Shown: piece after piece, positions 38,795-48,564 of the stretch | Layout: each line of letters starts with the position of its first letter | How positions within the stretch are numbered: the first letter of the stretch is position 1 | NCBI GenBank assembly: GCA_046483985.1 | Contig: JAWOCD010000031.1 | Location: 32,001-96,000, forward strand | DNA from: Promethearchaeia archaeon | Lineage (GTDB): Archaea > Asgardarchaeota > Lokiarchaeia > Sigyniarchaeales > SOKP01 | DNA: 64,000 nt | Direction of reading: 5' to 3' | The notes under the pieces: model-generated | What the model saw: the letters and a program-made list of their open reading frames with translations, nothing else | Told to the model about the DNA's origin: nothing | Databases searched by the model: none | Position numbers and translations under genes: made by a program

Positions 38795-40165
38795 TTACTT
38801 CACCTCCCAATTTCCAGGATTCATAATCCCGTTTGGATCAATGGCCTTACGAATAATATGAAAAAGCTTTTTGTAGCCATCATCCATATATTTCATTACT
38901 TCTTTTTGACCAGCCAGCTCCGTTTTCCATGGAATACCTCCTAAATTTAAGACCATTTTATTTGTCTCATGCAAGGCAGATCGTGCATTCTCCATATCAT
39001 TCGGATCCGCGCGATTAAAAGAATAAGTAGCGGCAAACATTACATTGTGCGCTTTTCCAATGATTCTGCATACTAAGGTGGGAACGATGTTATGATCATT
39101 GGAGATTTTACTTGCCTTGCTGATGGCATCTGGAATTTTATCTATAGGCACAAAAGAGCCCACATATTCAAATCCCCCTCCTTTTCGGAAATCAGCAGCT
39201 CTTGCGGCAAACTGGGGTTTTTCCAAAAAGATGTCTCTTAATTTATCGGGGGCCTTCATATATCGCGCTCCGTTCTTTCTATAAATTCGTTTTAATTTTT
39301 TAATTTTCCTTTCAATAACCTGTTCTTTATCTCCCGTAACATAGGTCATAAAGAAACAATATCCTTTCATCCATTTGGGTTTATCTTGCTTTCCGATTAA
39401 AATATCCTCTGCTAACTCGGTGTAGGTTATTTTATTTATCAATTCTGGGATATTAGATTCATCTTTCATTAATGCGAATGCAATTTCTCTTATTTTAGGC
39501 TTCGGAAAAAGGCGAATAGCTAATTTAGTAACAATTCCCATGGTGCCAAATGAACTAATAAATAACCCAATCATATCGGGGATAGGGCCTCTAGTAAACC
39601 AAGAATCCGAGATGGCACAAGATCCTAGTTTACATACCTGTCCATTGGGGAGTAATACTTCTATTCCATTGATCATTTCCCCATGATTGCCGTATTTATG
39701 AGAAAGATAGCCGGAACCGTGAATAAGCGCATTGCCCGCCACGGTAACTGACGGAGGGGCATCCGGTATAGGTGGTTGTAAATTAGGATAATTTTCATTC
39801 AAAAAATTAAGTAACTGACCGGAAGAAACACCAGGCTCAATAAGGGCATAGCGACTTGATTTATTAATTTCAATGATTTTGTTCATTCGTTTTAAATCTA
39901 AAACAACGCCGCCTTTAATCGGAATAGTAAGTCCACTTAATGTTAAACCTGCACCCATAGGTATAACAGGTATGGTTTCTTGGTTGGCTAAATTAAGAAT
40001 TTGTTGAATTTCCTCGGTATCTTGCGGCATGACAACTATATCCACATCACGGGGTTTTGAGGCACCTGGATCTCTTGAATAAATAAATAATTCTTCTTTT
40101 CTATTAGAGACAAACTTTTTTCCTACGATGGATTCTAATTTTTCATAGATCTCATTTTTATCCAA
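38795..40165 (-). CDS. FAD-binding oxidoreductase (GlcD/D-lactate dehydrogenase-like)
   Basis: PMGAGLTLSG, LDLKRMN, GTMGIVTK, DPNGIMNPG. Confidence 0.9.
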   Translation of the reverse strand: MDKNEIYEKLESIVGKKFVSNRKEELFIYSRDPGASKPRDVDIVVMPQDTEEIQQILNLANQETIPVIPMGAGLTLSGLTIPIKGGVVLDLKRMNKIIEINKSSRYALIEPGVSSGQLLNFLNENYPNLQPPIPDAPPSVTVAGNALIHGSGYLSHKYGNHGEMINGIEVLLPNGQVCKLGSCAISDSWFTRGPIPDMIGLFISSFGTMGIVTKLAIRLFPKPKIREIAFALMKDESNIPELINKITYTELAEDILIGKQDKPKWMKGYCFFMTYVTGDKEQVIERKIKKLKRIYRKNGARYMKAPDKLRDIFLEKPQFAARAADFRKGGGFEYVGSFVPIDKIPDAISKASKISNDHNIVPTLVCRIIGKAHNVMFAATYSFNRADPNDMENARSALHETNKMVLNLGGIPWKTELAGQKEVMKYMDDGYKKLFHIIRKAIDPNGIMNPGNWEVK

Positions 40166-40326
40166 TCTTCAATTCACCTTATTTGATCAAATAATAATAG
40201 TTTCCTCAAAATAAATACCTAGTTCTTTTGACTAAATTAGATTTTGAAGAATTAAAGAGTCAAAAAATTTAGCAAAGTTAGAGAAGAGAAACTTAAGAGT
40301 TTTATACAAAAAAAGAATGAAAAAAA

Positions 40327-41127
40327 TTAACTTACTTCCAATTTACTAAAAGATCGAGCTCCGAGGGAGATTAGAAATGCACCAAATACAACTTGAACCA
40401 GTAAGCTCAACCATACGGGGAAATATGAGACGCCAAAGATTACTGCTCGGAATAAGTCTACACCATATGTAAATGGATTACCCATCATAATTATTTGCAT
40501 AAATTGAGGTACAGTGTTAAATGGAAATAGCGCTCCACTTAACCAGAACATAGGCATAACGATAAATGTCTGAATAAGTCCGAATCCTTGAAAGCTCTCT
40601 AAGTGGGAAGCGACAGTCAGGCCTATTCCCACAATTCCTATGCTCACCAAGATTATAACGGGAATAAGTAGAAGAGTTCTCCATATAAGATCAATTCGGT
40701 AACTAAAAAAACCTAAAATGGATGCAATAATAACGATTAAAAGGCTTTGGATCAAGGTTTGAAGGGCTATTCCAAGGGTTTTCCCAGTCATAAGTGTTCT
40801 TCGCTTAACTGGTGCAACTAACAATTCTTTCATAAATCCAAACATTTTATCCCGAATTATTCCAAGCCCACCAAAAATTCCTGTAAACAAAATTGTAATA
40901 GCGGCTATTCCAGAGGCTGTAAAAGCGTGTGACGCGATAGTTTTTCCTTCAATGACAATATCCAATGAGGAGAATCCCGCGCTAAAGACTACCAAGAAAA
41001 AAAAGGCTTGAGCAAAGGAAGAGATAACTCGAGACTTTTCCCTCCAGAATTTTAATAATTCTCGTTTGGCTAAAACCCAAATGGCCGGCCAATTAAATTC
41101 CTCTAAAAATTTTATTTCTTTATCCAT
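40327..41127 (-). CDS. ABC-2 type exporter permease
   Basis: GFMKELLVAP, LSGALFP, NPFTYGVD. Confidence 0.9.
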   Translation of the reverse strand: MDKEIKFLEEFNWPAIWVLAKRELLKFWREKSRVISSFAQAFFFLVVFSAGFSSLDIVIEGKTIASHAFTASGIAAITILFTGIFGGLGIIRDKMFGFMKELLVAPVKRRTLMTGKTLGIALQTLIQSLLIVIIASILGFFSYRIDLIWRTLLLIPVIILVSIGIVGIGLTVASHLESFQGFGLIQTFIVMPMFWLSGALFPFNTVPQFMQIIMMGNPFTYGVDLFRAVIFGVSYFPVWLSLLVQVVFGAFLISLGARSFSKLEVS

Positions 41128-41130
41128 CTT

Positions 41131-42462
41131 TTATCGCTTCTTCCTCAATTGTTTCATTTGAATTAATTTTCTTATATTTTTCGTTCTACTCCCGTCTTCT
41201 TCACGGATGGCTCTTCCGGTGTAATGTAAAAAGACATCTTCCAATGTAGGTTGATGCATATGAATTGTTTTGATCTCTAACTTGGATGAATTAACATATT
41301 CCACCACTTTTGATAGTTGCTTACCTCCCTTATCGCAGGAAATTGAAATCTGAGGTTTTATACCATTTTCTTCGCTGTATTCTCCGTCTTGGATTTCTTT
41401 TATAACTATTTGAATATTTTCCGGAAGCTCTTTCAGTAATTCATTTTCAATCTGAGTTGCTAACCTTTTTTTCTTATCAAACGGGGCCTTTAAAAAGGCT
41501 TGGGCTGCCATAGGCTTACTTTTTACTGCTTGGACAAAGTTTTCCGGATTAGAAAGCATTTGGTTAATCTTTTCACGAATTATCTGAGGACTTACATTTG
41601 GCATCTTTTGCATTTTTGACTTGTCAAATGAGATTTGTTCTCGTTTTTCGTGTTGCGATCCACGGGAGACATTTTTCACTCCTTCAATGGAATTAATTCT
41701 TTTGATAAGGGAGGCAAGATCTGAAGGATCTTCAATTCCCTCAAACTCCAACTCAATCACATCACCAGATAATTTATGTTTCAGATTCTCAGCTGTATCC
41801 ATAGCAATTATTTTTCCATGATCCATGATACAGATTCGATCTGCTAATTCGTCAGCCTCTTCCATATAGTGAGTAGTAATAAGAATAGTCATCTGTGTCT
41901 CTCCTCTATTTAGTTCCTTTATTTTTTCCCATATCTTTCTACGTGTCTGAGGATCCAGACCCAAGGTAGGTTCATCCAAGAGTAAGACTGCGGGATTATG
42001 TAGAAGTCCTCTGGCAATTTCTAACCGTCGTTTCATCCCGCCCGAGTAGTTTTTTGCGTACATATCGGCATATTTCGTCATGTCAACTAAGTCAAGAACC
42101 TCTTTGATTTTTTTTTCACGTTCTTCCTTTTTCTTCCCATATAATACCGCATGTAATTCCAAGTTTTCATAGCCCGTTAAATCACCGTCTAAACTGGGTT
42201 CTTGAAATACCATTCCTATGCTTTTTCTTACTGCATCTGGATCTCCTTCGACATTATAAGAATTTACAATCGCTTCTCCATTTGTAGGAAATAAGAGTGT
42301 GGCGAGCATAGAGATTGTTGTAGTTTTTCCAGCCCCGTTTGGTCCGAGAAGAGCAAATATTTCGCCTTTTTTAATTGAAAAATCAATCTCATCCACTGCC
42401 AGCACATCTCCATCTTCATAAACTTTTTGTAGCGAGTCCACTTCTATAATATTTTCACTCAT
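41131..42462 (-). CDS. ABC exporter ATP-binding protein (DrrA-like)
   Basis: GPNGAGKTT, YSGGMKRR, LLDEPT, PTLEDVF. Confidence 0.92.
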   Translation of the reverse strand: MSENIIEVDSLQKVYEDGDVLAVDEIDFSIKKGEIFALLGPNGAGKTTTISMLATLLFPTNGEAIVNSYNVEGDPDAVRKSIGMVFQEPSLDGDLTGYENLELHAVLYGKKKEEREKKIKEVLDLVDMTKYADMYAKNYSGGMKRRLEIARGLLHNPAVLLLDEPTLGLDPQTRRKIWEKIKELNRGETQMTILITTHYMEEADELADRICIMDHGKIIAMDTAENLKHKLSGDVIELEFEGIEDPSDLASLIKRINSIEGVKNVSRGSQHEKREQISFDKSKMQKMPNVSPQIIREKINQMLSNPENFVQAVKSKPMAAQAFLKAPFDKKKRLATQIENELLKELPENIQIVIKEIQDGEYSEENGIKPQISISCDKGGKQLSKVVEYVNSSKLEIKTIHMHQPTLEDVFLHYTGRAIREEDGSRTKNIRKLIQMKQLRKKR

Positions 42463-42467
42463 CAGTA

Positions 42468-43022
42468 TTATTCCTCTAAATCTTTAATTTTTTGTTCCAT
42501 ATTTTGAAGAAATATTTCTTGTTGTTTGATTCTCTTCTTTAATATCTTCTTCTGAATCTTTAGATGTTCAAGTTGTTCTTCTCTTGACATCTCTCTCCCG
42601 CGTAATACGATTTCCTCAACCGGCAAAAAGTTCTCAATGTCCAAATCAATAAAATCCTCATCTAAGTTAAAGGTAAAAACCACCATCGATTTTATTGCTT
42701 CACTTAATTTCTTCCGTTTTTTCAACAAGATTTTAAGAGTTTCTTCACCCTTAGGAGTTATATCATAGATTTTTTTTCCCCGTTCATCTTGTTTTGTTTC
42801 CGTGAGCTCAATCAGCTCTTTTTCCTTCAAATTTTTTAGTACAGTATAAATTGTAGAAACAGCAGGACTCCATATGCCCATTGAATGTTCTTCAATATCT
42901 TGAATAATTTTATATCCATGGGAGGGGGCTTTTTCTAATAATAAAAGAGTATGCATACTAATAAACCCTCTCTTCATGCCCCGATTAAATTTATTTACGA
43001 TATCCTCAACCAATATTATCAA
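42468..43022 (-). CDS. PadR family transcriptional regulator
   Basis: HGYKII, STIYTVLKNL, KKIYDITPKG. Confidence 0.88.
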   Translation of the reverse strand: MIILVEDIVNKFNRGMKRGFISMHTLLLLEKAPSHGYKIIQDIEEHSMGIWSPAVSTIYTVLKNLKEKELIELTETKQDERGKKIYDITPKGEETLKILLKKRKKLSEAIKSMVVFTFNLDEDFIDLDIENFLPVEEIVLRGREMSREEQLEHLKIQKKILKKRIKQQEIFLQNMEQKIKDLEE

Positions 43023-43179
43023 ACAAATTTCTTTAAATCAATTATATTATATATTGATAATTGATATATCAGTTCTTGAAATATAAAATTTCTGATTATG
43101 GCAAATCCATCATAAATCTTTCTGTTAGCATATTTCAAGAGGAATAAGGTTAACAATAATTTTCTCTTTCATTTTTTAT

Positions 43180-43430
43180 CAAAAAAGCAAAAGAAATGGG
43201 GACTTCTTTCGCAGATCGTTAAATGATTAAATATCTTAAGGGCATATTTTTAAATAGGTCAATATCTAACTTATAATTAAACAATGCTTCGGACTTAATA
43301 TTAATATAGTTCGTAATTATAAGAAGAAGCAGAACCTTAATTTACGGTTGGAGAACCAACCAATATTGTCTAATGTACTGATCACGCATTAGAGAATATA
43401 AATCTCACGCCCTTAGGCGTGAATAGTTCA
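43180..43430 (+). mobile_element. Non-autonomous IS200/IS605-type mini-element, copy 1
   Basis: Follows TTTAT; ends with TCACGCC-CTTA-GGCGTGA hairpin then TAGTTCA; homologous to 57071-57342. Confidence 0.75.
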
Positions 43431-43476
43431 AATATGTTTATTAATTATATTTCAAGTATTAAAATGAAGGTCTTCT

Positions 43477-44922
43477 ATGTCTAAACTTAAAAATTATTTG
43501 AAAGAACTGGAAATTTGGAAACAAGCGCTATGGGGGATAATTATTATTGGAGGGCCCGTTATTACCACCCTCCTTTTGATTTGGCTCTTTTCTTTACATG
43601 GAACTTTGGGTATTTTCCTCTGGCATCCTTTATTCTTTTCCATTATCGTTATACTGGGAATTTTTGCGGTTTTGGGATTTAGTTTTGCTTTACTCAATAT
43701 TTTTCTTCCTAATCGAAGAGAATCAAAACTCTTTTCTATCCTTAGAAAATGTTCATGGATCTTTTGTATCACTTGTTTAATTACTTCCGTTTCGTTTATA
43801 GGGTATGTGGGACCGAAACTTACCCATACCGCGGGGTCAACTGCGCCTCAGATTTTAATTTGTGATGGAGAAGGGGAGAATGGGATTCCTAAAATGGCGG
43901 TCACCTTTTGGACCGAAAGGCCCACCACGAATACACTCAAATGGGGAAACGAATCCTTATCAAAAACCATAACGGAAGAAAAAGCGACCCATCAACATGC
44001 ATTTATCTTGGATAAATTAAATCCCGACACAGAATATTGGTATCAAATAAATGAAGAAGGGGAAATTTACAATTTTACTACCGCATCGGAAGACAATGAC
44101 AAACTGAGACTTGCAATTACTTCTGACGCCCATTTTGGCCGGTCGGAGAGTAGACCCGGCATTACAAGGGATATTTTAAAGGAAGTTACAGATCCGGGCA
44201 ACTCTTTTGATAGTCTCTTTTTCTTGGGTGATCTTGTAGAATACGGATTCATGGATAGTCAGTGGAAGCAATTTCTAGACTCTGTGTCCCCCTATACTAC
44301 AAGAATACCCTTCAGAACTCTATGTGGTAATCATGATACGATATTTGGTGGTGTAAAATATTACAAAGATTATTTATATCCAGAGAAAATGCCAACAGAT
44401 ACAGGATCTCGGCTATATTACCGAATCGATATAAATAATGTCCACATTTTTGCTTTGAATCTTGAATGGGGGCTTGAAACCTATACCGCAGAACAAAAAG
44501 AATGGCTTGAAAGCGAAATTGCAAAAGTTGAAGAAGATGATTGGACCATTGTAATGTCTCATAGTTTTTTCTATAGCTCAGGAAGTGTTTATGGATTTAA
44601 GTCATGGGCAGATCAACCTGATATGCTTGATGCCTTTGAGGATTTATTCATCGAAAATGATGTAGACCTCGTCTTTTCTGGCCATAATCACCATGTGGAA
44701 GTTTTAGAAAAGGAGGGAATTTATTATCAAATCGTGGGGGCTGCGGGGGCCGTCCCTGATCCCAAAGCAGATACAATATCAGACGCAAGCGAATGGTACA
44801 TGAATATCGAAACGGATTCAGAATTCGGATTCTTCGAAGTTGATATAGACGGAAACAATGCCACCCTAAATTACCGGAATAAAAACTATGATTCCCTCTA
44901 TAATATTACAATAGAGGAATAA
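43477..44922 (+). CDS. Membrane-anchored FN3 + metallophosphoesterase (purple acid phosphatase-like)
   Basis: 3 TM segments; SDAH, GDLV, GNHD, GHNH. Confidence 0.88.
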   Translation: MSKLKNYLKELEIWKQALWGIIIIGGPVITTLLLIWLFSLHGTLGIFLWHPLFFSIIVILGIFAVLGFSFALLNIFLPNRRESKLFSILRKCSWIFCITCLITSVSFIGYVGPKLTHTAGSTAPQILICDGEGENGIPKMAVTFWTERPTTNTLKWGNESLSKTITEEKATHQHAFILDKLNPDTEYWYQINEEGEIYNFTTASEDNDKLRLAITSDAHFGRSESRPGITRDILKEVTDPGNSFDSLFFLGDLVEYGFMDSQWKQFLDSVSPYTTRIPFRTLCGNHDTIFGGVKYYKDYLYPEKMPTDTGSRLYYRIDINNVHIFALNLEWGLETYTAEQKEWLESEIAKVEEDDWTIVMSHSFFYSSGSVYGFKSWADQPDMLDAFEDLFIENDVDLVFSGHNHHVEVLEKEGIYYQIVGAAGAVPDPKADTISDASEWYMNIETDSEFGFFEVDIDGNNATLNYRNKNYDSLYNITIEE

Positions 44923-45127
44923 TGCGATAAAAGGAATAATATATATTTTTTCTATATTTTTTTAAACTAAAGGATAATAATTCCTAAAGAGAAAAAGAGA
45001 GTAAAAAAATGAAAGAATTAGATTTTGTTTAAAATTTTTATTCTTTTTTTAGATACACAGCTCAAATAGATGATCCTAATGGAAATAAATATAAGATTCT
45101 CTAAAAATCCTATTCTTTATTTTTATA

Positions 45128-45262
45128 TTTAGATATACTTTTTTCTTGAATTTAGATATACTTTTTTCTTGAATTTAGATATACTTTTTTCTTGAATTTA
45201 GATATACTTTTTTCTTGAATTTAGATATACTTTTTTCTTGAATTTAGATATACTTTTTTCTT
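45128..45262. repeat. Perfect tandem repeat TTTAGATATACTTTTTTCTTGAA, 23 bp x5 plus a 20-bp partial copy
   Basis: Read directly; no spacers. Confidence 0.95.
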
Positions 45263-45283
45263 TATCAGTATCTTATTATAATT

Positions 45284-46483
45284 ATGTCTCAATCTGAAAT
45301 AAAAAGATCAGACACAAAAAAACCTACAAGTAAATCTCTCGTAAAACAGGCGATAATTAAATTACTGCTTATTGTGTTAGTTTTAAGTCCTATACTGATG
45401 TTTTTCATTCTCTCGCCCTTGTTCTATTTATATGATCCTAATGAGCATGGTCCATGGGTTTCATGGTCTGGAAATCCGGATGAACAGGTGTATATTTCTT
45501 GGGAAACAGAGGAGAAAACCTCGGGAATTCTCAAATATGGTATCGATGAAGGCGATCTCAACCAAAGTGTGACTGAATCAGAGAAGACAAACATCCATCA
45601 TGTCAATTTAACTGGCTTATCAGCGGATACTACGTATTACTATGAGGTGGAAATTGATGGGAAAGTATTTGGAAAAGGAAAATTTAGAACAGCCCCATCC
45701 AGCCAAAAGGATTTTACTTTTGGATTATATTCTGATACGCAGCAAAACTTCGGACCAGGGCATCATTTTCGAGTGGGAAACGCGTTAAAAGATAAGAAGT
45801 ATGCTTTTATTGTGAATGTAGGAGATATCGTCCAAGATGGTGGGAAAAAAGAACATTATAATAATTTTTTCAAAATAGGCTCTGAATATTTGGATACTAT
45901 TCCCTTTATTCCTGTAATTGGTAACCATGACCAACGAAACGTTACGCTATTTACCGAATACTTTATCAATCAAGTCAACAAATCGCAATATCACTTTTAT
46001 TACAGTTTTAATTGGAGTAATGTGCATTTCTGCTTCCCTCATTTTGCCTATGGAAGTGAATCCGAAATGACGGATGCGCAATTAAACTGGCTAAAAAAAG
46101 ACCTATCACGGTCCCAAGATAAAGCATTTCGCATTGTGATGTTTCATTGTCCCATTAAAGGAGCCTCCTTTTTCGGCCCCAATGAAGTGTTAATCGAAAA
46201 AGTACAACCAATATTGCTCGAATATAATGTTACCGCTACGGTCCATGGCCACGAACATCATTTCGAACGCGGAAATATTAAGGGTATGACATATTTTATT
46301 TCTGGCGGCGGGGGCGGAGCACTGGATGTAGGGCTTCGCCCACTACCAGAAACAGAGGTCTTAACAGAATCTCCTAATTTCACGGAGGTTCACGTAACCG
46401 AAAATGAAATAAATTTCAAGACCATGACGCTCGAGGGTTCAGTTATTGATGACTTTACTATCCAGGCAGAGGAGGGGGTATAA
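45284..46483 (+). CDS. FN3 + metallophosphoesterase (purple acid phosphatase-like), paralog
   Basis: 1 TM segment; SDTQ, GDIV, GNHD, GHEH. Confidence 0.88.
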   Translation: MSQSEIKRSDTKKPTSKSLVKQAIIKLLLIVLVLSPILMFFILSPLFYLYDPNEHGPWVSWSGNPDEQVYISWETEEKTSGILKYGIDEGDLNQSVTESEKTNIHHVNLTGLSADTTYYYEVEIDGKVFGKGKFRTAPSSQKDFTFGLYSDTQQNFGPGHHFRVGNALKDKKYAFIVNVGDIVQDGGKKEHYNNFFKIGSEYLDTIPFIPVIGNHDQRNVTLFTEYFINQVNKSQYHFYYSFNWSNVHFCFPHFAYGSESEMTDAQLNWLKKDLSRSQDKAFRIVMFHCPIKGASFFGPNEVLIEKVQPILLEYNVTATVHGHEHHFERGNIKGMTYFISGGGGGALDVGLRPLPETEVLTESPNFTEVHVTENEINFKTMTLEGSVIDDFTIQAEEGV

Positions 46484-46486
46484 AGA

Positions 46487-47140
46487 ATGATCGAAACCTT
46501 TACATTTGCCCCATACCTTATGCTGTATTTTGCCGCCATTATTCAAACCTTCGTCATGATCTCCTTCATTGTGGCACCACAGAATTATAAAGCACAAAAT
46601 AAATTCGTTAGGATCGTGCACAGCTTCTTTATGCATTTTGGTTTTACATTCATGTTTTTGTTCGGAGTCGTCTTTCTTGATACTGCTCTTGCATGGTTAT
46701 TCGGGCAATGGATGTATGCGGACTGGAGATATCAGCTTCCCGCGGTCTTGTTTATCCTATTCTTGGGAATTCAATATGTGATCGGAAGCATGTTTATTAA
46801 TCCTCGAATTAGCACCCTCATCTACTCAATTTGTGCGATACTCGTTATTCTGCTCGGAATTCACATCTATATTCCCTCAATGGACTTGTGGACGAGCGTG
46901 GTCAACTTCTTGAGAATCTTGATTCTTCTGCAGATTATCTATCTCCTTATATGGGGAATTAACACCTATTTGGACTCAAGGGAAAGATTATCATGGAAAG
47001 AAAAGAATAAAAAATTATGGGATATTTCCCCTAAATTTCACGAGATATTTTCAAGGGGATTGAATATTATCATCTGGATTATTATGATGGTCGAAGTGTG
47101 GCTCAAGCTATTCGGGAGCTCTCTCTTTATCTGGTTTTAA
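46487..47140 (+). CDS. Hypothetical membrane protein
   Basis: About 6 TM segments; 3 bp after the phosphatase gene. Confidence 0.75.
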   Translation: MIETFTFAPYLMLYFAAIIQTFVMISFIVAPQNYKAQNKFVRIVHSFFMHFGFTFMFLFGVVFLDTALAWLFGQWMYADWRYQLPAVLFILFLGIQYVIGSMFINPRISTLIYSICAILVILLGIHIYIPSMDLWTSVVNFLRILILLQIIYLLIWGINTYLDSRERLSWKEKNKKLWDISPKFHEIFSRGLNIIIWIIMMVEVWLKLFGSSLFIWF

Positions 47141-47768
47141 GATCCTACATTAAATCTTTCTTATTTCACAAATTAAATCTTTAAGGAAAATCAAGCTAAA
47201 AGAAGAGTGGTCAATGTGTCGCCTACTTTTTTTATGTTCACTAATTATTTTTTGGGTAATTAATGATATTAGGCTAATTTTTTACGTTAGTATTTTTTCA
47301 GCGATCCATTGACCAATATATATTATATCAAAGCCGGCGTGTTCGTGAAAATCAGAAAATCAGCAAATCTTTACTGAACTTTATGGAAATGGATTATCCA
47401 TAATTAAGATTTATTAATAAATTCCTTTCAACCAATATTCTAAACTATCATCAGAGTTCCAGAATTCTTATAATTAAAATCTGGAGTGAATTTAAAAATC
47501 ATTTTCTAAAAATTCTAAAATTATTAGAATTAGAAGAAACGCATTAAAATAATCTATCTTCTCTGAACAAATCCAAACACAATATTTACGAATATCATTA
47601 ATTTGTGCAAAACTAACTAATAATATTCGTATTAATTAGAAATTCTTTTTAAGTAAACTAGGGTTAAATTTTATAAATAGTTATTTGATTAAAAACAAAT
47701 TTCGCTTAATCAAACAAACAGACTATTAATTAAATCATTTTATTAAAAAAGGATAAGAAGGTATTCTT

Positions 47769-48554
47769 ATGAAAAGCGATCAAGAGTTGATCAAGAAGTT
47801 ACGGTCAAACACTTTGAAATGCGTCATTTTCGATTTTGATGGGACGGTATACGATATTAAAGAACCCCTAGAAGATGCCGTAAAAGAGGTAATAGAATCT
47901 TATAACATTCAAGCCGACGAAGAGTTATTGCTGCAGGAAATCGCGGCTATTATTGAGTCAATACAAGCGCATCCCATTCCAAAAATCATTCTTCAATCGT
48001 ATGACATCTTTAATCAGGTAACAGCGCTGAGCGACATTAGATTTTTAAAAAAACTGAAAATAGCGGCAAAAATGTTCACAAAATATCAAGCAAATGCAAA
48101 AGAATCCTCAGTTTTCGCAAGTGTCGAACCAGTGGTGCAACATTTCAAAAAAGCGGCTGAAATAATTATCGTGTCTCATAACCAAACGGCACACATTGAA
48201 GATCACTTAGAAAAGGCACGGTTAACTTCGTATTTTGATAAAATTTACGGTGCAGATAAACTTGAAGCATTAAAACCTGATCCCAGAGTTTTTGACTTTT
48301 TCCTCGAGAAAGAGGAAGGATATAGTCCGAAGGATATTGTGGTTATCGGGGATATGCCTACAGATATACAAGCTGGAAATGAAGCAGGCTTCTGGACAAT
48401 CGCAGTTCAGAGCGGAATTACAAGTCGCGACATGTTAGCGAATTACGGACCGGATTTATTGCTAAATAATCTTGGTGAACTCTTAGCAATATTAAAGAAT
48501 GAAGACCAATTACCTTCAAAATCCAAAATCAATAAAGCAAAAGTAAAGATGTGA
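47769..48554 (+). CDS. HAD family phosphatase
   Basis: FDFDGT, VSHN, KPDP, GDMPTD. Confidence 0.9.
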   Translation: MKSDQELIKKLRSNTLKCVIFDFDGTVYDIKEPLEDAVKEVIESYNIQADEELLLQEIAAIIESIQAHPIPKIILQSYDIFNQVTALSDIRFLKKLKIAAKMFTKYQANAKESSVFASVEPVVQHFKKAAEIIIVSHNQTAHIEDHLEKARLTSYFDKIYGADKLEALKPDPRVFDFFLEKEEGYSPKDIVVIGDMPTDIQAGNEAGFWTIAVQSGITSRDMLANYGPDLLLNNLGELLAILKNEDQLPSKSKINKAKVKM

Positions 48555-48564
48555 GGTTTTAATT

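Noticed and set aside
45128-45262. Possible CRISPR array
   Set aside because: Units are contiguous with no spacers, and no cas genes are in the window
47141-47768. Long intergenic region as a possible ncRNA or riboswitch ahead of the lipid operon
   Set aside because: No convincing stem structure or known motif seen by eye; an Rfam search is needed
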